Below, in pieces: positions 51,253 to 64,000 of a DNA stretch of 64,000 nucleotides (position 1 is its first letter; every line of letters begins with the position of its first letter). Below the pieces are notes generated by a model. It saw only the letters and a list, made by a program, of their open reading frames with translations, made no database searches and was not told the DNA's origin. A program made the position numbers and the translations under genes. Source of the stretch: Octopus vulgaris (taxonomy: Eukaryota); contig OX597842.1 of the NCBI GenBank assembly GCA_951406725.2, positions 15,190,001-15,254,000 of the forward strand, in the 5' to 3' direction.

Positions 51253-51337
51253 GCGAAGGTGACATACGAATGGATATATATTTATAAAAAGTAAGTTTAA
51301 AAACGCCACTATATGAGATAAATTTTAATTTTCTTAG

Positions 51338-51388
51338 AGATATTACATGTATCGGTTCTTCTTGAAGAAACGAACCTCATCAAAAATA
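51338..51388 (-). ncRNA. Degenerate hammerhead motif
   Basis: Minus strand UUGAUGA-gguuc...gaacc-GAUAC-au-GUA; 5-bp stem II intact, two core changes. Confidence 0.45.
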
Positions 51389-52649
51389 GTTTTATAAAGT
51401 TAAGTGTAATAAAAAGTTCATAATTATTTCTTACTAGTCTCAACAAAGTCCACGTGGTGGTGTTTTGTGGGGTGGGGGTATACGAGCTGTCTTTTGAGTT
51501 GACTAGATTCGTTGGCTGTAATTTTTCACAATTACATCCAACGAATCTAGTCAACGCACAATAAGAAAATGATACTTTGACAAGAAGAAACTGATAGAAT
51601 CAGTAACAGACTTATCAAAATTTAAGAAAAGGCACGAGGCAGTGTCTCATATTTTTGTTTGCCCACTCAGTTGTATCCATCTTTTTATCTTTGTGTGTGT
51701 GTGTATATATATATAGGGGCAGATGACGGCTATTTAACCCAACACTCCCACGTTTTTGTGAAATATGTAGAAATGTTTGGACATGATGATTCTAAAGACA
51801 AAAAAAACATTGTAAAATTCCAGTTAGTCAAGAGAAAAAGTACCCTCGCCTCCCGATTCTATGGGTTTCAACCAGGCTATCCACATGCTAGAAATATAAG
51901 CCATATCTCACGCTAACTTTTTTTGGCACATACGCAGATACTCTTATTTCACATTACTCCAGTTCACTCAGCTGTTGAAAAGTGTTGTGACATCACTGCC
52001 CCGAAGCTCTATCAGTCCTTGCGTTGCCCTCAGATAACATTGTTGGCATGGAAACGGTATTTATGTTATGCATGGGTGACGCCCGGTCATCCATACACAA
52101 TTTTTTCCGGATATGTACCTTGGTGGGGAACTCTCTAGGTGCAATCTCCTGGTCATTCATTACCAAAGAGGATCTACAAAAAACAAAACTACCCTACCTC
52201 CTCCTCTGAGATTATTCCCTTATCCACAGGCATGAAGCTAACCCCACCCCCGCAGGATTTGTAGTTCTGCGACCCGCATGGCAACCTCAATAATCGGGTA
52301 GTATGATAAAAAGCACTGAGCCCATGCTGCAAATTGGTTGATGTTTGGAAAGGCATCTAACCAGAAATAGGAGACCAAAACAGACATTTGAGCGCAGTAC
52401 AGTCCTTGGATCCTGTCCAGACCAAGCCAGAAAGGAACATGTATGTTAGGGGATGATGACAATGATGATGATGTTATTTACTCTGTTGATGATGACAATC
52501 AAGGAAATGATGAGCATGGTTATAACCAATTTAGAATTGTTTTGTATATGATAATATATGTATATATATATATATATTTGGTCTACCTTAGGTTAGAGAT
52601 GGGCCTTAACCCCTAACGTTCCGTTTATTTCGGAGCTTGTAAAGTTTCT

Positions 52650-52698
<49 letters not shown>

Positions 52699-54009
52699 AG
52701 TGTGTGTGTTTGTGTGTGTGTGTGTGTATGTTTGAGTCTTCATGTTTATGGGTGTCCTAATCCTACGATCGCTGCCTTTCGCGGTGTTGCTTTGTTTATG
52801 TCTCTATAAAGCAACGTTCAGCGATACAGGACGGAAGAATAAGAACAGATTACAAATAAATAAATAAACAGATCCAGTTAACCCGTCAGAAACTCTTGAA
52901 GGCAGTGCTACAGCATGGCCACAATCCAATGGATAAAAGAAATCCAAGGTAAAGAGCAAACTGCTAAAACCTTCGATGTAAGGATGTTCTATAGAGCTTA
53001 TTACAGCATTACTCCAACTTCTCATTTTTATCTCTTTGGAGATAATGATTCTAAAAAAAGTCATTGTTTGTAAAATGCCATTTATTCTAAAGGAACAAAA
53101 TAAATCTCACCTCCCGATTCTACCGTTTTCAACCAGGCTATCTACATGCTAGAAATAGAAGCCATATCTCGCGCAAACTATTTTTGGCACATAATTACAG
53201 ACTCTGTATCGAATGCTTTGCAATTTACCTCATGGCCTCAACTAGTCACTTCGTTACCATCATCTATCTCTTGTAGTTTCTACTCTTCGTTTTCTCTTTC
53301 ACTCTCCTTCCGCTGAGTGAAAGTACATGGGTCAATCGTAACATCGACAGGATCACAATCACGAGATAGTGAGATCGATTCATGGGACGGGCTGTGTTTT
53401 GAAGTTATTGAGCAAGACACTTTATTTCACGTTACTCCAGTCCACTCAGCTGTTGAAATGAGTTGTGACATCACTGCGCCGAAGCTGTATCTGTCCTTGT
53501 CTTGTCATTGGATAACATTGTTGGCATGGAGACGGTACTCTGTTATGCATGGGTGACTCCCGGTCATCCATAAACACTAGGTGCAGTCTCCTGGTCATTA
53601 ATTACAAAAGAGGATCAAAAATATGCAAATCCCTAATTCCTTCTCTTAGATCATTCCCTTATCCACTAGCATGAAACTGACCCCACCCCAGAGGATTTGT
53701 AGTTCTGCGACCTGCATGGCAACCTCAATAGTCGGGTAGTATGATAAAAAGCACCGAGCCCATGCTGTAAAGTGCTTGATGTTATGAAGGGCATCTAACC
53801 AGAAATAGGAGACCAAAACAGACATTTGAGCGGAGTGCAGTCATTGGATCCTGTCCAGTCCAAGCCAGAAAGGAACATGGATGTTAGATAATGATGACAA
53901 TGATGATGATGTTAAGTACTCTGTTGATGATGACAATCAAGGAAATGATGAACGTGATTATAAGCAATTTTGAATTGTTTTGTATGTGATTATATGTGTT
54001 ATTTTTTTA

Positions 54010-55330
54010 TTTATTTCATCTAGTTTCAGCTCAGGAGATGTGGTCATGCTGGGGCTCTGACATTTGGTGTTGCTACATAATTCTACTTCACGAATGCTTT
54101 GTAGCAATTGGCATTTGGTGCATGAGAGAGTTCGATGCAGCTGCACTCATCTGCACCTATTGCCGTGAAGTTGGTTCTTCTGGGACATCTGACAGGAAGA
54201 GGTCCAGCATTATTTTGAAGACACCTGCATCCACCCCATGCAGGTGTCTCAGGTCCATCGGGAGGATATTGAAGAGCTGCGGATCTCTAAAGTCCAGGCT
54301 ACTGCAGTATATTTTCCTACATCTTGATGGCAAGTTTGGAGTCATTGACACTATGCAGTGGCGCCCAGTTCTAGTATTTGTGTAACTCTGGATGCCAAAG
54401 CTTTTGACAAGTCTTTCCAGGATCTTCCAGATGTATATTATGGCTTATCTTTCCAGCCTACGCTCTACAGAATAGAGTCTTAATCTCTTGAGTCTTTTCC
54501 AATAGCTTATATACTGCATAGGGGCTATCTTCTTCGTGTAGCTTCGTTGTATTGTCTCACGTTCTGCGATTAATTTGACACTGGTTGGTGACCATAGCTG
54601 AGAGGAATTGTCAAAGTGGGTTAGGACAAGTGTCCTCTAGAGGACCATCATGGTTTCCTGGTCTCTTGTTCTAAACGTTCTCAGAATCCATCCGGTCAGC
54701 CGCCTACATTCCATTGCCAATTTAGCAACATGCACATGAAAGGTTGCATCATTACTCATGTAAATGCCCAGGACTCACGCTGATTGTGCCTCTGGGATTG
54801 CAATCCCTCCAAGTCCAGTGTATTTACTGGGTATTGCATTCAGTTTTGCATGCTGATAGCATAAAGCTTGTAACTTTTCAGCATTGAACTGCATGCTATT
54901 CTTTTCGGCCCATTTGGTATATTTCATTCAGCTCACATTGTAGGTGCATAGCGTCTTTAGGGTTCTGTATTAATTGTGAAACATTTGTATCATCTGCATA
55001 ACTTGTGATCGTGGCTCTCTGTGTGGCTGAGGGCATGTCTGAGAGGGCAATTATGAACAGTAGTTGTCCGAAAATAATGCTTTGCGAAATAGTGCTCACT
55101 ATTTGCGAGTCATTTGAGGTGGCCCCATTGGTTACTGCTACCTGATTTCTATCCTTCAGAAATTCATGAAGCCATTCTCCCAATTTTCCAACCATGCCAA
55201 AATGACGCACATTGTGACATATCATTCCATGATAAAACTTTATCAACGGCCTGTGCAACGCCGAGATATAACACTTCCACATTGGAGTGGTTGAGCAGCT
55301 GTTTCAGCAACCAGTCACAGTATTGTAAGA

Positions 55331-55335
<5 letters not shown>
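54010..55335 (-). mobile_element. CR1/L2-group LINE 3' fragment, decayed
   Basis: GKLGEWLHEFLKDRNQ, LLFIIALSDMP, SYADDT, GWILRTF, PQLFNILP. Confidence 0.85.
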
Positions 55336-55365
<30 letters not shown>

Positions 55366-55369
<4 letters not shown>

Positions 55370-55487
55370 CTGCTCGCGTAGCCAGCGGGGTGGCGTCATT
55401 CGAAGGCTAAAACAATGCGAAGCGCGTTGTGACCAGCGATGTGTAGCAACATTTGATAGCCAGGTCGGTCACGGTGATCACGGTGAT
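55366..55487 (+). mobile_element. GC-rich SINE-like 3' fragment inserted in (TA)n
   Basis: About 120 bp of GC-rich sequence ending in tandem tcacggtga repeats, flanked by (TA)n on both sides. Confidence 0.4.
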
Positions 55488-55488
55488 A

Positions 55489-55619
<131 letters not shown>

Positions 55620-55656
55620 GCATACATACGTACATACATATATACATGCATACATA

Positions 55657-58600
55657 CATTTTTTATGGCTACCCCCTCGTTATCGATTTTGGCCATTGCA
55701 CGAATCTTAACTGTTACTGGTGCTGTGATCGAATGTGACTTTTTAGCCCAGCTAAAGATCTACAATGAATTGTACAAAATTGGCAACTAAAACATTTACT
55801 GGTAATAGCCGGCTGTAGTTGTAACTGGGCTTCATGTACCTTTGCATCTCGTTTAAGTACTCCTGCCGAATTACACCCTCTTCCACATGCCCGACAGATA
55901 TGATTATCATGGTGTGTTACAACACCACCGGTGGCCAGGTTGTCACTCATCCGTCTCGTTTTATGACTACGAAGATGACTCATGAGTCCAGCTTTACTGA
56001 GGCAGGGTCTTGCTCAGACATTGCATGTCAGAATCAAAGGAAGACCCTTCTCTTATGGAAGTGTAACAGCAATGCCCTTCCTGACATCCCTCCTTACTTT
56101 CTCATGTGCAACTCGAGATTTTTCAAATGTGCCTGCCCTCTCATGCACAATCCTTCTCCACCTGCTCCTATGTGTCAGGAGAGATGCAAGCATCTCTTAA
56201 GGAAGCCTTCAGCAAGTACTTATACCTCTTTTTTGGTTTATGTGGAGGTCGTTCTCCTTTAGCTAACTCTCCATAAAAGAGTTGTTTTGGCATCCTTGAA
56301 TCCTTCATTCTGACCAGATGACCACTCCATCTGAGCCTTTGCTTTAACACAAGAGCTTCTATACTTCTATACTTCCAATAGTTCAAGATCACTGATGCGG
56401 TTCTTCCACTTAATGCCATAGATCCGTCTGAGACACATCTGATGGAAACGTTCCAGTTGTTTAAGGTGGTCTCCATATATGATCCACGTCTCGCAGGCAT
56501 AGAGAAGAGAAAGAAGGACACATGCCTTGTACACCTTTATCTTTGTCTTTCTGCATATGTCTCGCTGACTCCAGGGGCGCTTCTCTAGCCTTCCGAAAGC
56601 AACACTTGCTTTCCTAATTCTATATTGAATGTCTTTATCCACATTGCCATATCTATTAATAGTGCTTCTCAGGTAGACAAACTGATCGACTACAACAAGT
56701 CGTTTACCATTCACATAGATATTTGGTACACTATACTGCTTACCAGGGGCAGGTTGATGCATGACAACAGTTTTCTTGAGATTGACTGTCAATCCTAAGG
56801 CAGTGCAAGCATCAGAGAATGCATTCAAAATGTGTTGCATATCAATCTCTGTGTGTGCTACCAGCTCACAATCATCAGCATACAAAATGTCTCTTATGAC
56901 AGAGGTAAATATCTTTGTTTTTGCAGCAAGGCGCCTGATACTAAACATGCTGCCAGAGTTTCGATAATGGACGTAAACACCGTATCTGCAGTTTCTGAAT
57001 GCAATACAGAACACCATCGCGAAATATATGGAAAATAGGGTCGTTGCCAGAATATTCCCCAGTTTCACTCCATTTTGTATTGAAATGGGCTCCGAAATCT
57101 TCCCTCTAACATTCACCCTACCATTCATATCTTCATGAAAAGACCTAACCAAAGCAAGGAAGTTTTCAGGACACCCAAGTTTCTGGAGGACTTTCCACAT
57201 TGCTTTTCTATTGACGGTATCAAAGGCTTTTATCAGATCGACAAAAACCTGATACAAATCCAGACCCTGTTCCACACACTTTTCCTGAAGCTGTCTAATG
57301 AAAAGATCATATCAGCAATTCCACGTCCCATACGAAAGCCAGATTGACTTTCTGGAAGAACACAATCTGCAATGTATTTCAGCAGACGATCCAGAAGTAT
57401 CCTGCATGAAACCTTTCCTACAGCAGACAGCAATGATACTCCCCTTTAATTACCCCAATCATTCCTGTTGCCCTTTCCCTTATACAGGGCCACCATTACA
57501 GCATCTCTCCAGTCCTCAGGTACAGATACACTAGTCCATACCTTACCAAACAAAGAGTGAAGTTTCTGCAAAATTTTCTCACCACCATGCTGTAACAACT
57601 CCGCTTGTATGCCATCCATACACGGAGATTCCCATTATTCAACCTTGAGACAGCCATTGCAACTTCTTCCAACTTTGGTGGTTCTGCGAGTGCTGCCTTC
57701 ACAGGCAATCCAGGGATGAGATTGAGAACATCCTCACTAACTACAGACTGCTGATTCAAAAGTTCATCAAAGTGTTCTTGCCACCTTCGCAGAATTCCTT
57801 GTGAATCACGAAGAACTTCTTTACCATCCCTGCTTCGAATTGGTGTCATCAGGGAAGACGCCGGTCCATAAATTTCTCGCAAGAGACTATACCACAGCTT
57901 TGTGTTATTGGAATCTGATGCCGCCTGTATCTCGTCAGCCTTCTTACTCCACCACGTATCCCTCATCTGAGAGAGCCTTTGCCTCACACGTGATTTTACG
58001 TCCTTGAGTTCCCTATGCAACACTTCCCTTTCCTGTGACTTTGCTGACAAATAGCGTGACAAAGTACGTTTTTTATCAGCCAATAAATCATCTATATGTT
58101 CATCATTTTCTTTGAACCAATCTTGATGCTTTCTTTGTATCAATCCCAGACCTTTCCTGCCTATATCATAAACTGACTTTTTAAGAGTCGGCCAATCCTC
58201 CCCAATATCTGCAGCATTCATTTCCTCTCGTAAAGTTCTCTTCACACTATTATACCAACATTCAGTCTTTGAGGCTGGGTCATCCCTGCAGCTCGGATTT
58301 TATGTTTTATGACTAATTTCACTGTTGCACGTACTAGGCGGTGGTCAGTCCAATACTCAGCTCCACGAAGAACACGATCACACTGCACATCCTGTCTGTC
58401 ACGAACCTTAACTAGGATGTAATCCAGAATATGCCGTTCTTTAGATGCAGGGTGCATCCATGTAGTCTTCAGCTTATTCTTTGGTCAAAACATGGTATTG
58501 GTAACACACAGACTCAGCTCCTCACACATCTGCAGCAAAAGAATGCCATTACTATTGCACTTCCCCATCCCATGCTTTGCAATTACACTCAATGTATTAA

Positions 58601-59210
58601 AATCCCTACCCACTCTAGCATTAAAATCACCCAGTACGATGACTTTGTCTGCCCGAGGGATATTTCTTATAATGCCCTTCAAAGCATGGTAGAAAGAAAG
58701 TTTTTCGTCATCTGTATAGCACATAGTTGGAGCATACACACTCACCAATGTCATATAATTTCCTTTAGCTAAAGGAATACTCATGGACATAAGACGATCG
58801 TTAATTTCGATTGGGAATTCTTCCAACTTGTCCACAAGAGTAGTCTTAACATCAAATACCACTCCAGTCTCTACTCTAAACTCTTCATCTCTCCCTTTCT
58901 AAAAGAATGTATATTTTCCACAAGATTCTGTAAGATGACCATCTCCAGGTAATCTCGTCTCAGATAAAGCAACGATGTCAAGATCATAGCGTTGAAGCTC
59001 CTTCGCAACAAGCGCAGTCCTTCTTTCAGGACATTCAGAGGACTTATGGTCAAGCAGAGTCCGTACATTCCAACAGCCAATATTCATTATTTTCTTTGGT
59101 TCTATCACAGTAGCATGATGACGGCTGGGTTCAGACTGTGATGCTCTTGAGCCCCTGACAGGCCAGCTCTTTCAGCTGATGTAGTTCGAGAGTCTTTACT
59201 GCCATATATT
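55657..59210 (-). mobile_element. Near full-length RTE-clade LINE (APE, RT, C-terminal C2H2 fingers), multiply frameshifted
   Basis: MNIGCWNVRTL, ERRTALVAKEL, ALSETRL, SVYAPT, LGDFNARVG, LDYILV, TDH, PESQSGFR, FVDLIKAFD, ILYADD, LLYACETW, RLRWSGHLVRM; ends in a (TATG)n tract. Confidence 0.95.
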
Positions 59211-59730
59211 TTTATACTGTTTTGGAACATCATTTTGAGATCGATTCATGGAACGGGCTGTTTGTTGAAGTTATTGAGCAAGACACTTTATTTCACGTCA
59301 CTCCAGTTCACTCAGCTGTTGAAATGAGATGTGACATCACTGCACCGAAGCTGTATCAGTCTTTGACTTGCCATTGGACAATATTGTTGGCATGGAGACG
59401 GTATTCTGTTGTGCATGGGTGATTCCCGGTCATCCATAAGCAAAATTGCCCGAATATGTACCTTGGTGGGGAACTTTCTAGGTGCAATCTCCTGGTCAAT
59501 CATTACAAAAGAGGATCTATAAAAACATGCACTACCCTACCTCCTTCCCTTAGATCATTCCCTTATCCCCTAGCATGACACTGACCCCGACCCTCCAACT
59601 GGAATGGTAGTTATGCGACCTGCATGGCAACCTCAATAGACGGGGAGTATGATAAAAGCACCAAGCCCATGCTGTGAATTGGTTGATGTTTGGAAGGGCA
59701 TCTAACCACAAATAGGAGACCAAAGCAGAC

Positions 59731-59779
<49 letters not shown>

Positions 59780-61132
59780 GTATGTGTGTGTGTGTTTGTG
59801 TGCCCTTGTTTGTCCCCACAGCATCGCTTGATAACCGATGCTGGCGTGTTTACGACCGCGTTACTTAGCGTTTCCGCAAAATGAGAACGATTTAATAAGT
59901 AACAAAAGATAACTACTGCGGTCAGTTTGCCTCTCCAAATGCGGTACTCCAGCAGGGCAACAGACAAATGACTGAAACAAGTATATCAATAAAGACTTAT
60001 ATATATATATATGCATGTATGTGAAGCAAAATTGAGGGGCACAATTCTGTACGAATACCCCATATGTATTCGATACAGAGTATATATGCATGTTCCCAAA
60101 AACAGTTTGTGTGAGATTTGGCAGTTTAGGAGGGAGTAATGCCTGTCTTTCCTCTCAGCCAGGTTTCTCTAACTACTACCACATCCAAATTATGGGACCT
60201 GAGTCATTGAGGAAAATCCCTTGTTTCCAATTCGACGTCAGGCTGTAAACTTTTAAACACCCTGCGTTGAGTGTAAATATGAACAAAAATTTTGGTCTAC
60301 CTTAGGTTAGAGATGGGCGTTAACCCCTAACGTTCCATTTATTTCGGAGATTGTGAAGTCTCTATGTGTGTGTGTGTGTGTGTCTGTGTGTGTGTGTTCA
60401 CGTTTATGTGTGTGCTTATCCTACGATCGCAGCCGAACACGGTGTTGCTTTGTTTATGTCTCTATAAAGCAACGTTGAGCGATACAGGACGAAAGAATAA
60501 GGACAGTGTACAAATAAATAAACGGGTCCAGTTAACCCGTCACAAACTCTTGAAGGCGGTGCTCCAGCATGGCCACAATCCAATGGATAAAAGAAATCCA
60601 AGGTAACAGATTCGATGTAAGGATGTTCTATAGAGCTTATTACTGCATACCTCCAACCTCCCATGCCTTCCTCTCTCCCTCCCTATCCCTCTCTCGCAAA
60701 CACACCCACCCACACCCACACACGCAAACCCATACACAAACATACACAGGCAAAGAATTACAGGTACACACAGAATAAAAGCACACACGCAGAAATATAC
60801 TCTAATATTAACAGGCATATTTTACGTCAATTAAATTACCTTTAATTGTGAGTTACCTCCCTTAAAACTATTTCGTCAATTTTTTTATGTGCCTTATACA
60901 TAAAGTACTTTTTACGGCCTATAGTTTCCATTTTTTAAACATCGGAACGCAGCCATGCTGGAGCACTGCATTGATGTGTTTAGTCAACCACACAGCGAGT
61001 AGTGCTTCTCTTTATTCAGATTGCTGCTTATTTGTTTGTTCTCTCTTCATATAACAGCTACGTTACATGGATGTAAACAAAAACAGTCGATGTCAAGTGG
61101 TGAATATTAGAAAAAGAGTGTGTGTCTCTGTG

Positions 61133-61186
<54 letters not shown>

Positions 61187-61514
61187 GCGGATTTAGCTCG
61201 CCCCTCTCCCTTTTTTGTGAAAGACGTAGAAAAGATTGGAGATGATGATTCTCAAAAAAATTTTGTAAAATGCCATTTATTCAAAAGAAAAATAAATAAA
61301 TCTCGCCTCCCGATTCTACGGTTTTTAACCAGACTATCTACATGCTAGAAATAAAAGCCATATCTCACGCAATCTTTTTTGGCACATAATTACAGACTCT
61401 GTATCGAATGAATTGCATTTTACCCCCATGGGGCCACCGAGTCACTTCGTTACCATCATCTATCTCTTATAGTTCCTTCTTTTCATTTTCTCTTTCTTTC
61501 TCCTTCCGTTGTGT

Positions 61515-61845
61515 TGAAGTGCATGGCTCAGTGGTGATATCGTCAGTATCACAATCGCGAGATAATGAGTTCGATTCATGGAACGGGCTATGTGTTGAAG
61601 TTCTTGAGCAAGACACTTTATTTCACGTTACTCCAGTTCACTCATCTGTTGAAATGAGTTGTGACATCCCTGGGCCGAAGCTGTATCAGTCTTTGAATTG
61701 CCATTGGATAACATTGTTGGCACGGAGAGGATATTCTGTTATGCATGGGTGACTGCCGGTCATCCATAAACAAACTTGCCCGGATACGTACCTTGGTGGG
61801 GAACTTTCTAGGTGGAATCTCCTCGTCATTCTTTACCAAAGAGGA
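61515..61845 (+). mobile_element. tRNA-derived SINE within duplicated block A (other copies at about 53315, 59236, 51940)
   Basis: A box TGGCTCAGTGG (61524) and B box GAGTTCGATTC (61567), then ttgagcaagacactttatttcacgtt core. Confidence 0.8.
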
Positions 61846-62308
61846 TCAAAAATATGCACTTCCCTACCTCATTCTCTTATCCACTAACTTGAAACTGACT
61901 CCCCCCCGCAACGAATAGTCGGTAAGTATGATAAAAGCACTGAGCCCATGCTGTAAATTGGTTGATGTTTGGAAGGGCATCTAACCAGAAATAGCAGACC
62001 AAAGCAGACATTTATATATATAATGTATACATTTATATATATATGTGTGTGTGTGTGTGTTGTATGTGTGTATGTGTGTGGATGTATGTTTGTGTGTCTG
62101 CCTTTATCCCCACACCATCGCTTGACAACCGATGCTAGTGTGTTTACTACCCCGTAACCCAGCGGTTCGGCAAAATGAAAGCGATTGAATAAGTAATAGG
62201 CTTACAAAAAATATGTCCTGGGGTCGATCGATCTACCTGTCTAAAGGTGGTGCTCCAGAATGGTCAAAGTGAAATGACTGCAACAAGTAAAACAGTAAAG
62301 AGAAAAGA

Positions 62309-62363
<55 letters not shown>

Positions 62364-62689
62364 AGTGTGTGTGAAGCAAAATCGATGTGTAGCAATACCC
62401 ATCGGCATACGATACAGACTATATACGTATGTGCCCCAAAACAGTTTGTATGAAATTTCGCTGCTTTTTCAAGCACGTAGATATCTTGTTTGAATCCCTG
62501 TAGAATCGGAAGGGGAGAGGGTTTATGTGGATGTGGTGGGGGGCGGATTTCAGTTTCACGAACAGTTACTTTTCAGAATCATAATGTCGGTTGTTTTAAT
62601 CACATAATTTGTCAAATAAGTTACAAGAAAAAGTGAAAAATTAAGAGATGGGTTACGTCTCTACCATGGGTACCTCACCTCACCTCCAG

Positions 62690-63755
62690 GAGGATATTGA
62701 AGAGATTTGCACATCTGAAGCCCGGGCTATCACAGTACCTTGTCCTACATCTTGAGGGCAAATTTGGAATCCTTGGCACTATAAAGTGGCGCCCAGTTCT
62801 AGTACTTGTGTATCTCTGGATGCTAAAGCTTTGGACAAGTCCTTCCAGGATCTTCTACATGTATATTATGGCATATCTTTCTCGCCTACGCTCTAAGGAA
62901 TAGAGTCTTAATCTCTTGAATATTTCTCAATAGGCTATATGCTGCATAGTGGCTATCTTTTTCGTGTAGCTTCGTTGGATTGCCTCAAGTTCTGCGATTA
63001 ATTTGACACTGGTTGGTGACCATAGCTGGGAGCAATTTTTAAAGTGGCTTAGAACAAGGGAACTCTAGAGGACCATCATTGGATCCTGGTCTCTTGTTCT
63101 AAACGTTCTCAGAATCCATCCGGTTAGCCGCCTACATTTCATTGCCAATTTAGCAACAAGCACATGAACGGTTGCATCATTACTGATGTAAATACCCAGG
63201 TCTTGCACTGATTGTGTCTCTGGGATTGCAATCCCTCCAAATCCAGTGTATTTATTGCATTTAGTTTTGCATGTTGATAGCATAAAGCTTGAAACTTTTC
63301 AGCATTAAACAGCATGCTATTCTTTTCAGCCAACTTGTATATTTTGTCTAGCTCACGATGCAGGTGCATAGTGTCTTCAGGGTTCTGTATTACCTGTGAA
63401 ACTTTTGCATTATCTGCATAACTTGTGATCGTAGCCTTCTGTGTGGCTGAGGGCATTCTGAGAGGGCCATTATGAGCAGAAGTGTTCCCAAAACAGAGCC
63501 TTGCGGAAGACCGGTCCCTATTTGCGTATCATTGGAGGCGGCTACATTGGCTACTACCACCTGACTTCTATCCTTCAGAAAGTCATGAAGCCATTCTCAC
63601 AATTTTCCAACTATGCCAAGATCACGCACTTTGTGACGTATCGTTCCATGATCGACTTTATCAAAGGCCTTGGCAAAGTCGAGATATATCACTTCAACAT
63701 CTGAGTGGTTGAGCAGCTGTTTCAGTACCCAGTCAGAGTGTTCTAAGAATGTATA
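62690..63755 (-). mobile_element. CR1/L2-group LINE fragment, paralogue of 54190-55335
   Basis: MPSATQKATITSYADN, FNAEKFQAL, VQDLGIY, GWILRTFRTRD; same 5' truncation point as the other copy. Confidence 0.85.
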
Positions 63756-63939
63756 TATATATTTATATATATATATTGCATGGGGACTGTCTTGGGTCCG
63801 CTACTCTACATATAAAAAGTCCATTACTTAGCGGTGCGGCAAAATGAGAGAGATTAAATAAATAAAATGCTTACAAAAAAATGTCTACTACGGCCTGTTT
63901 GCCTGTCCAAATGCGGTAAAGAACAAAACAGTAAAGAAC

Positions 63940-63987
<48 letters not shown>

Positions 63988-64000
63988 CCTTCACTGCCAC

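Overview
AT-rich, microsatellite-dense animal genomic DNA, most likely an octopus (inferred from tRNA-derived SINEs of the type known from Octopus, a decayed HTGEKPYH-type C2H2 zinc-finger array and very abundant (TA)n/(CA)n). The only intact host gene I can reconstruct is a + strand adhesion GPCR with 17 coding exons in 1635-46265. All splice sites are AG/GT, the phases are mutually consistent, and the exons total 2508 nt (835 aa plus stop); the N-terminus lies upstream or was not found. Its apparent architecture is unusual: Ly6/uPAR three-finger (LYPD1/Lynx2-like) domain, SEA-like domain, hormone-binding domain, GAIN/GPS, 7TM. The introns and flanks hold a near-intact CR1-group LINE, two RTE LINEs, an R4/Dong-like fragment, several dead Tc1/mariner elements and SINEs. 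There are also many Penelope-like pseudo-LTR remnants carrying minimal type I hammerhead ribozyme motifs, including a ~1 kb near-perfect palindrome in the first visible intron. The last 12 kb is an old tandem segmental duplication interrupted by an RTE LINE. Most short ORFs in the supplied track are microsatellite artefacts. All family assignments come from motif recognition by eye; no database search was run.
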